Assembly: GCF_052425735.1 (NCBI RefSeq)
Contig: NC_135762.1
Location: 1,860,001 to 1,924,000 of the forward strand
Source of the DNA: Oculina patagonica
Taxonomy: Eukaryota
Length of the DNA stretch: 64,000 nt
Direction of reading: 5' to 3'
Shown: positions 55,601 through 64,000 of the stretch, piece after piece
Layout: every line of letters starts with the position of its first letter
Numbering within the stretch: position 1 is the first letter of the stretch
Notes under the pieces: generated by a model
The model's database searches: none
What the model was told of the DNA's origin: nothing
What the model saw: the letters and a program-made list of their open reading frames with translations, nothing else
Position numbers and translations under genes: made by a program

Positions 55601-57714
55601 ATGTTGAAGCCAGGGTTACAGGGTCAAACAGTCTTGTTAGCAACGGATAATAACAACTAAATAAGACGCATTTATTTATGGATCGTCCAAATCCGGAGCA
55701 AAGTCCAAGGCTGCCAGCTGCTAAGACTGCTAACAATCCTAACGGAAAGCCAGTTTAAACGGATAACAGGGAGTAAATGCATAAATAGGGATTAATAATT
55801 GGACAGTTCAGTTAGGATTTAAGTCTTTAAAGAGACTTGAAACATATCTGTTGTGACTGTCAGTTTCTAACCTTATCACGGAACTGAAGAACTCCATATT
55901 GCGATCAACGAAGGAGACTACAGAAAACGCTTTGAATCGGCAAAGCTGCGAGGAATAAGGGAACGATTTTTGACTACTGCAAGAAAAAAAATGCAACTTT
56001 TTGCAAGGGACAAATTCCTTCACCATCAACCTCCCTGGTTTTATCTAGCACTTGCTCCTCCCTCTCCCCAGAAAAATCTGAATCACTGAGGCATTCCAAG
56101 GGTTTTGGCGAAAGGCAACTTGCTCCAAAATAGCTAAAAATGTAGCGGCAATCTTGTTCCTGAGCATCGACAGCAACTAGCACTGAAAGGGTGTGTATTT
56201 GCGACAGCAACAACGTTTCCCTCACCAAATAGGCGACAGGTGGTTGGAAACGAGCGACAAAGCAACAACAGAAACCCCCTTGCTGGAAGGCCTCAACACT
56301 CGTAACCGTTTAGGCTACAGTCACGACAGAAGTATTTCTTCTCAGTTTTAATCTCTGTATATTTGCCCTTTATTTCAGTTGAAAGTTGCTGTGGAAGACA
56401 AAAGAGCGATATTTGCTGTTTTATCAGCAGATGTTGGCTGGTACAGAGTTAACAATGTTTATAGCCAAACCAGAGCCAAACACTTTACAATGACTTCCGA
56501 GTGTGTATACAGGCAGTTGGCCTCCGTTTAATAATATTGATATGGCGAAGCGTCGAACTCGATCGACCTGAAAAGCTATTTCCTATGAGATCTAGATCTA
56601 GATGGGCCGTTATTGTATGCTGATTAAAATATTTGACTGGATGTAAATATGACGCCACAGATATTAGTGCAGTCGGAGTAAAGGAGCGACTATTATAACT
56701 CGCCATTAGTCCGAAGCGATATTAAGGCCGTGAGCGTGGTACATGCAATTGCGCAACTCGACCACCCCTTCTCAGACCCCTTCTCAGCACACATGCTCGT
56801 TCGGATTTTCAACAGGCTGTTGTTCCAGGCGTTCGGTTAGTTGGGAGCAGCGTGGAACAGGCTAGATTTTCAAGGACATCGGACTCCCATTCAAAAGATA
56901 ACAAGCAGTACACTGAATAAACAGGAGAACGGATCCCTTATAGCAAGGAAAAGTGAAACAGCAACAGACATATGAAACGCACGATTAGATATAGTCGATA
57001 TACGAATTTAAAATTCACATCTTCCCACTATTTTCCTCTGTTTAGTGGTTTTGCCTTTTCTAGAGTTTTCCCATACAAACCCTCATTTTTTACTGCAGAA
57101 AAATCTTGATTTCTTGATCCTCCAGGGGAAACGAAAACTGGTTCGAGAAATCGGGAGCAAAATTACAGAGAAGTACTATCCAAGGGAAACAAAAATCGGT
57201 TCGAGAAACCGAGAGTTTCGTAAAACTGAGGATTCGAGATATCGGGATTCTAATGTATGTTTTAATCCTCAAATTTGAACCATTTATGCCTTCCCGTTTT
57301 AATTGCGCTGGCGTTTGTGATGGGCTCATGTTTGCGTCCAGTTCTGCTTCGATTCTTTTCCCGCCTTCATCGATCGAAGAAAAACTGTGCGAAATAATAT
57401 AATCAGTAGAGCGCTGTGAACGGCCTACTCTCCTCTCCGAAGTAAGACTTCTAAATCTAACACTTAAAAATCGTTCAAATAATAAGCCCTCCCGAATCTA
57501 AGCCCATAGGCCTATAAAGAAATATTAGGGAAATGTTTGACTTCTTCCAATTTTCACACGCAATATCCCTTCCAAATATAAACCCAACCATTTTAAAACG
57601 CAAAGGAGCACCTCCCCCACCCACCTTCCCACCCCAGCCCCGAAAAGAAAACTTGCGAGGGAGACTGGATACCAATAGCAGTTTTCCCAAACATCTTAGC
57701 GCGCTGCCGCCAAC

Positions 57715-60700
57715 ATGGCGGAGTCCGAGGACGAAGACAGCTCTCTGAACCTGACTGGGTTTTTATTCGGGAATATCAATGAAAAAGGAGAACTTGAAGA
57801 CACAGAAATATTAGATGAGGTAATTTACAATGCTGGGTAGTTCACTGCTGTTATTGTCTTGAGTAATGTGCAGTTATAGTGGGTGCGAAAATTTGTCAAC
57901 AAATGAAACTTACAAGATCATGCAAAAGACACATTGTTTATGGCTGAATATTATTCTCATTTTGCCCGATCAGCAGGAAGGGTCGTCTCAACGACTTGAC
58001 TACTGAAGCCTCGAAGGATTTATGTTTTAAATTTGATCTTTCTTTCCTTACATCAATGATCAGATTATTATTCGGCCTGAGATGTGTTATTGATTGTACA
58101 CACACCACATCAGGTTATGATTCCACGATCACGGTTTTACTTCATACTAGAATCATCACAAGAATCTTCACTTATGATACATTAGCTTGAATTTCTGTTA
58201 GCTTTAAACTTACAAAGTGATTAGTTTTTATAAAGAAACTGTTGTACTGCTTTGACAGGAAAGTGAATTGACACTACCAACTTAATTATTGCTACATGAT
58301 ATGAACTTAGCTCTTGTAGTGAGAAATACTTTCTCCCAGGGTTTTGATAACTGTCTTATTGGGTTGACCATTCCATTTGATTTGACCAGGTCAATGCAAT
58401 GGAAAAAATATAACACATTTCTAATATTTTGGTTGCTTGGTCAGTTGGAGTTCACTTATCAGAAAGTTGTCAAAGATCTTTTCAAAAATGAGTCAAAACA
58501 ACTAGACTTAGTTGCAAGCGTACAGACGAGCCCACATTACTAAAGCAAATTCATTTCTAAGAGGTGCCTTGTGTTTAAATTAAAATGTTGTTGGAACATG
58601 TTTTTAGGAATCTCGACGCCATCTTTCCCAGTTGAGCTCTCTGAGTGGTTTGGGAAGTCTTGTTCAAGATATTGCAGAGGAGGGAAATAACTCACAGACT
58701 CAAGATTCGACAACACTGAGTGAAGCGAGCAGCGGTATGTAGAAATCTTACTGATTTCCCTAAAATGAAATACAAGATTCTTATCTTACAAAATGTAAAT
58801 ATACCACACAATATACCGGTAAGCATCCAGAACTCCATCTGTTAACACTGAGACATCCAAATTAAAGACCTATCTGAACTTGTAAATGTTAAAAGCTTCT
58901 CCGATAATTTATAAGCTCCAACCAAAGTCAATTCCCACGATTATGGAAACCTTCGGGACCACAGTTGGAGCTATTTTCAGTAATTCTTGTTTGCTGGGAC
59001 TTCAACTCCTGTCTGTAATGACAGAGTGTCCATAACAGAGAGGTGGCTGGTAGTGGGAGCGCGGGCCACGGGAGGGAGACGGGGGGGAATGGGGGGCCAG
59101 ACAGTGGGCCGGGGCCCAGAGAGGGGGGGGGGGGGGAGAGAGGGGGAGGGAGAGCGGGGGGGGACGGCAGGAGTCGGGAANNNNNNNNNNNNNNNNNNNN
59201 NNNNNNNNNNNNNNNNNNNNNNNNNNNNNNNNNNNNNNNNNNNNNNNNNNNNNNNNNNNNNNNNNNNNNNNNNNNNNNNNNNNNNNNNNNNNNNNNNNNN
59301 NNNNNNNNNNNNGGGAGACGAGCAAGAACCCTGAAACAGTATGTTCAGGGAGGTGTGATTATCTTGAAACCCTGGCATGAGGCTTTTTATGATCTTGTTA
59401 ACTTATATCTGTTCAGTACCACATGCAATTTTTGTTTCCATTTTGGATTTTTTTTTTTTTCATGCAAAATTACATGATTTTACTTTTACATTTACTTTTC
59501 TATACCAGGGCTGTCATTAAGGTTTTAAGCAACCAACAATGAAGTTTTAACTTAACTAAGTGGAACATAGGTCCTTAACTGATGCACGCCACCTTACCTT
59601 ATTTTGTGTAGTGCCCTTTGCTTCATTCCACGCAAGGTGTTTCCTCTTCAACTTTGCCATTCTTGTGGGTCTTCAGGTGTGCTGGGGTACACTGAAGTTA
59701 TTAATCATAGCCTTTTACTCTGTATGCAACTGTAATGTAACACCAATCAACATCTTCACCCATAACATTGAGAGAACTCAGCCTTAACAAGTGTTATAGG
59801 TTAGGGACCTTAATGACAGCCCTGGGTACCATACCGGTAAATCCCTACTTAATAATAATAATACTTATACTTATTGTGTTTTTTTCTGTTATCTTCAGGT
59901 TGGATTCAGAAAGATTCAAGTGCTACAGATTACAGTGATATCTCTGAGCTAGCAGAGGAAGAGGAGGAAAAGTATTATAAACATGCAGTGTCTATATTTT
60001 CTCAAAAGAAGAACGCCACCTCAGCTGGTAAGTTTCACTGATATATCCTGATATTCTCATAAAGACATCTGTAAAAAGTTAGTAAGTTAGAGATGAGAAT
60101 AGAAAAAATAGATCACCCAATATAATGGTAAACTCATAAATGTCAAAACTAAATGTAAAGAATTGTTTCAACCTAATTCAAATCGAATATGGCAACTAAA
60201 TGAAGTAGGACATAGAAAAACAAATAATATTATTCTAGTTTTGTAGCTGCATGATAACATATGTAAACACCTTTTGAAAGTAGTTTCAAATTAGGTCCTT
60301 TCTAACGGGGGAGTACAAGTGGCAAAATGGTTTGTGTGTTGGACTCTGGATCAAGTGGTCGGCCGGGTTTAAGCCCTGGCCGGGTCATTGTGTTGTGTTC
60401 TTGTGCAAGACACTTTACTCGCATAGTTCCTCTCTCAATCCAGGTGTATAAATAATACCAGTACACTAATGCTAGGGGGCAACCCTGCGATGGACTAGCA
60501 TCCCATCCAGGGGGGGGGAGGAGTAGAAATACTCCTAGACGCTTCATGCTACAGAAACCGGGATATGCTCCTCCAAGATGGGCCACTAGGCTTGAAAGCA
60601 GACTTTACCATATCTCCTTTCTAACCAGGATGCTGCTGAGCAGCACTTGGTCAACTAGCGGAATTCTATACCTGCCAACTTTTTTTGGGTAAAGGGGTGT

Positions 60701-60806
60701 GTTTTTTTTCTTGCGTGGGGTTTTCGAAGAGATGGGAATTCGTTGGTTGGGTTTCGAGTTTTCATTTTTTTGGGGTTTTTTTTCCTTATTTTTTTTTAAA
60801 TTTTTT

Positions 60807-60873
<67 letters not shown>

Positions 60874-63747
60874 TTTTTTTAATTTTTGGGGGTGTTCGGC
60901 GGGCGGACGCCCACCGCGGGGGGGGGGGAGAATTCACAGAAAAGAACATTGCTTCTTTTTTTTAATTCAATTCTTAATTAATTTTTAGATGACGATTATG
61001 ATGACGATGGTGATGATAATGTCAACACGGCACCTAGTGATCAAGGTTTGTGTGTTTGTTGTTGGTTTGTTTGTTGCTTGTGAAACATTGAATTAAATGC
61101 TACTACGATCATGGTAAATTCATTCTTGTGATTCATGAAATGTGAATTTGCTTCTTGTAAAAAGAAGTTATCCAATATCCAGGAGTATAGTAAAGCTAAA
61201 GAACTATGTTGTGGTACATTGCCAACTGTGCATGTGGGAGATTACTTAATATATTAGCCCTACGTCATCAATTTTTATGTCAAATGGTGCCAGTACAAGT
61301 TGATTGCTGTCATTTCTTCATAGCTGGTGGCATATTGTTACCAACTGTTGCCCCTGCTGCTTCTACCCTTTCCAAGCAAGAACAGGATAGGTTGGCAATG
61401 CCGCCCCCACCAGCTCCACAGCTGTCGGCATCCCCATCAACTGAGGGTGTGGATGACAGTGACAGTGCTGATAAACACTCATTAGCAGCTCCCCTGGCAA
61501 GTACAATTGGATCAGGTAAATGACACAATTTATGTTTACTTGATGCTTAACCATGCATAAAAACTAACTTTAGTTACCTTATTACATGAAATTTTCGCGA
61601 CACTTAAATTTCGCGAATTTCGCGATTCCAAAAAAAATCGCGAAATTAAAGTGACGCGAACAATAAGTGTCGCGAACATAACATGCCGCGAAAATTAAGT
61701 GACTCACATTATACCAACAATAAAATAATAAGTTTAGTACCACTGAAGGAAGGATTTTCAGTGTAAATGGATGTTGTCGTCAGTTGACTCAAGAACGATA
61801 ACTCATGCACGTACAAACATGACCTACTTGTAGACATTGTAAGAAGTCTAAGAAGTGCTCTGTTGTTGCTATTGCCGAGAATTAGTCCCTCCCTTGCGTT
61901 TTTGTTAATTTTAACGTTATTGTTCCTTTGATGAAGTCGTTTTATTTAATTTAAGGGCATGTTAAATAATATTGGCAAGGAAATGTGTCTTACTCAAAAA
62001 CGCGAATTTAAAGTGATTCAAAATACAAAATTTTCGCAAAATCGCGAAATTTAAGTGTCGCGAAATATGCGCACCTCAAAATCGCAAAATAAACGTGTCG
62101 CGAAAATTTCATGTAATAAGGTATCTAGTAATAGTGGTTCAAAATTCCTTTTATTCAGGAGGGTTCCAGGGCTATACTCCAACAGTGCCCAGCTGCCACA
62201 GCCACTAAATTTTGTTTTTGGCTGCCAAAATAATTTACTTTACATAAGCTTAAGTGCTGGGCATCCCAAATTTCATGGCTGGGAGGCTTCTGGCATCCTG
62301 TAGTTTTTCTAAGAGCACAGTCTTGGGGTTCTTTGTATTTAACTCCTACTACAGGCCAGAAAATGGTCTCCAATACAGTCGAACCTCGATTATCCGGACC
62401 TCGATTATCCGGATTTCTCGATTATCCGGACTTCCTTCTCTGGTCCCAATTTTCTCATGAATATTAATTAGTCACATTCAAGACTAGATAAAGTACACAT
62501 GTACTTCCTTTAACTAAGTTCTACGGCGATTTAAACGTTATTTAGGTGGTTTACCTGTCAAAAATCTCGGAAAACCTCTGATGTGTAGTTTCCAAATATC
62601 AAACAACATTTGAAAATACTTCTGCAGGCAACTTCATTATGCAGTTTCCACTAGCCATAAAAACATTCACACAAATAAAGTGGCTTTCTGTCTTTGCTTA
62701 CTTGTATTATACTGAAGTTTACAAGGCAAAATGGCTAAATTCAAATGTTTAAATCCTTCTATGAAATCAAAAACATCGTGGAGTGTTCGATCGTTCGACG
62801 TAGCAAGTTAGCACCATGCTGGTCACCAGTCCCAACACAAAAGGACGCATGAAACGCCTGGAGGTTCAAAATTGTTTGCGAACGAAGTGGCGTATTCCAT
62901 CGCCTTTTTCGGACAAAAACTGTCTCAAAATGATCAATGTCTTCGGAATTTTTGTTTGTGAGGATGGTTAACAGCTGATTTATTGCTATTATGAAGCAAC
63001 ATTTCTGTTTTATGCGCAAAAATGTGCTGAAGATGCGGAGGAAGCGGAAATTAGCGAACTTGGTTTAATACTTTGCTCTTTACGATGCCCTGGTTTTACT
63101 TTTGGCTCATTAATATTTATATTTTCGATTATCCGGACTCTCGATTATCCGGACTATTTAGCCTAGTCCCAACGGGTCCGGATAATCGAGGTTCGACTGT
63201 ATGTTGAAATTGTGTCAAATGTTCTTTATGATGAATTATTAACTTGTTTTTTCTTTGCAATTATGGAAGGATGTAACTTTTTTCTCTCAGCATAATTATC
63301 ACCTAAGCATACTTTTGAGTATACAGATGTAACAGTCCATTTTTAGTTGTGAAACTAAAAAGTATCATTTACTTTTAGTATTAATACATAAAATAATATA
63401 GCTAATGCTTCTACAGAGCTTGAATGTCTATAAGAGAGCTGTCACATCTTTAACTTTGAATTACATAACTTTTTTGTTCTATTACAGAATTGTTGAATGA
63501 AGGTGGCAAGCTTACCACTCATGATGGCAAAACAGTCACAGATTTGTTTCCAGAGTTCAGGCCTGGGCAGGTGTTGAGGTTTTCGCGTCTATTTGGCCCT
63601 GCAAAAGCTTCCTCCATGCCGCAACAGTGGCGCAATGCCAAGAAAAGGAAAAAGAAGAAAAAGAAAGAAGAGGTTGAAAAGACTGAGATAGAGCCCCCAA
63701 GGTCCCCTCCTAGTCCCCGGCCTGAGGACTGTATGTCTGATGATGAG
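57715..63747 (+). CDS. TAF1: Transcription initiation factor TFIID subunit 1 (5' part; 6 exons, 290 codons, continues beyond window)
   Basis: Exons 57715-57819, 58608-58734, 59899-60027, 60989-61045, 61324-61515, 63488-63747, frame-consistent. Motifs: LTGFLFGNINEKGELE (TAND1), ATDYSDISELAE (TAND2), DDDYDD, MPPPP, VTDLFPEFRPGQVLRFSRLFGP, DCMSDDE. Confidence 0.94.
59181..59311. other. Assembly gap flanked by low-quality G-rich sequence
   Basis: N run inside TAF1 intron 2. Confidence 0.99.
59505..59825. mobile_element. MITE with 19-bp perfect TIRs
   Basis: CCAGGGCTGTCATTAAGGT ... ACCTTAATGACAGCCCTGG. Confidence 0.75.
60307..60609 (+). mobile_element. tRNA-derived SINE, full-length, with 11-bp TSD
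   Basis: Same family core. TCCTTTCTAAC occurs at 60296-60306 and 60615-60625. Confidence 0.85.
61577..62121. mobile_element. TA-flanked MITE with TTTCGCG-rich subterminal repeats
   Basis: TA|CCTTATTACATGAAATTTTCGCGACAC ... GTGTCGCGAAAATTTCATGTAATAAGG|TA (27-bp perfect TIR). Confidence 0.88.
62376..63199. mobile_element. Tigger/pogo-like non-autonomous element
   Basis: TA|CAGTCGAACCTCGATTATCCGGACC ... GGTCCGGATAATCGAGGTTCGACTG|TA (25-bp perfect TIR), with internal CTCGATTATCCGGA repeats. Confidence 0.88.
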
Positions 63748-63832
63748 GTGAATTACAGTCAAAATAAACAGCGCATGCCGCCTAATATTCCGGAATAGTT
63801 TTGATTAACGGTGAACGGATTGAATTATTAAC

Positions 63833-64000
63833 GGCGGCAAGCGTGGCCGAGTGGTTTAGGGCACTGGTGTTGTAATCCGGAGGTCACCGGTTCGAGGCCT
63901 GCCCTTGCCACTAGCTGGATTTGTTTCTCGGTTGTCCCGAGTTCAAATCCTCGACCACGCTTTGTATATAGCCAACTGGTCTGCCTCCTGCCAGTTGGGA
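63833..64000 (+). mobile_element. Second tRNA-derived SINE family (truncated by window end)
   Basis: A box GTGGCCGAGTGG and B box GGTTCGAGGCC, then CTCGGTTGTCCCGAGTTCAAATCC...AGCCAACTGG. Degenerate relatives at ~306-377 and ~48566-48690. Confidence 0.75.

Noticed and set aside
58050-58085. ACATC-ATGATCA...CTGA-GATGT mini C/D motif in TAF1 intron 1
   Set aside because: Only 14 nt between the boxes, too short for a snoRNA; likely chance.
58977-60965. ORFs containing X, poly-G, poly-K or poly-F
   Set aside because: Products of the N gap and homopolymer runs in low-quality intronic sequence.
63833-63910. tRNA-like sequence with A and B boxes
   Set aside because: It continues into a SINE body and lacks a proper acceptor stem; it is a SINE head, as are the other tRNA-like heads in the window.

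Overview
This is eukaryotic, intron-rich, AT-rich animal DNA; the repeat families and gene content suggest an anthozoan, probably a stony coral (inference). Four protein-coding genes can be spliced by hand. (1) THOC2 (- strand, ATG at 19057; 26 exons and 975 codons inside the window, running off the left edge). (2) A GTPBP8/EngB-family GTPase (+ strand, 19395-23392, 6 exons, 266 aa), head-to-head with THOC2 across 337 bp. (3) A complete Fat4-type giant protocadherin (- strand, 24296-40632, 5 coding exons, 4927 aa) with one 12.2-kb coding exon. (4) The 5' part of TAF1 (+ strand, from 57715, 6 exons, running off the right edge). A ~17-kb gene-free interval separates FAT4 and TAF1. Introns are full of tRNA-derived SINEs, MITEs (several nested) and LINE 3' fragments, and there are N gaps and low-quality stretches. 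The most notable non-obvious signal is in THOC2 introns: two paralogous box C/D snoRNA-like genes share an 11-nt guide apparently complementary to 28S rRNA, and one lies inside a U12-type (minor spliceosome) intron. Two weaker C/D candidates lie in neighbouring introns.
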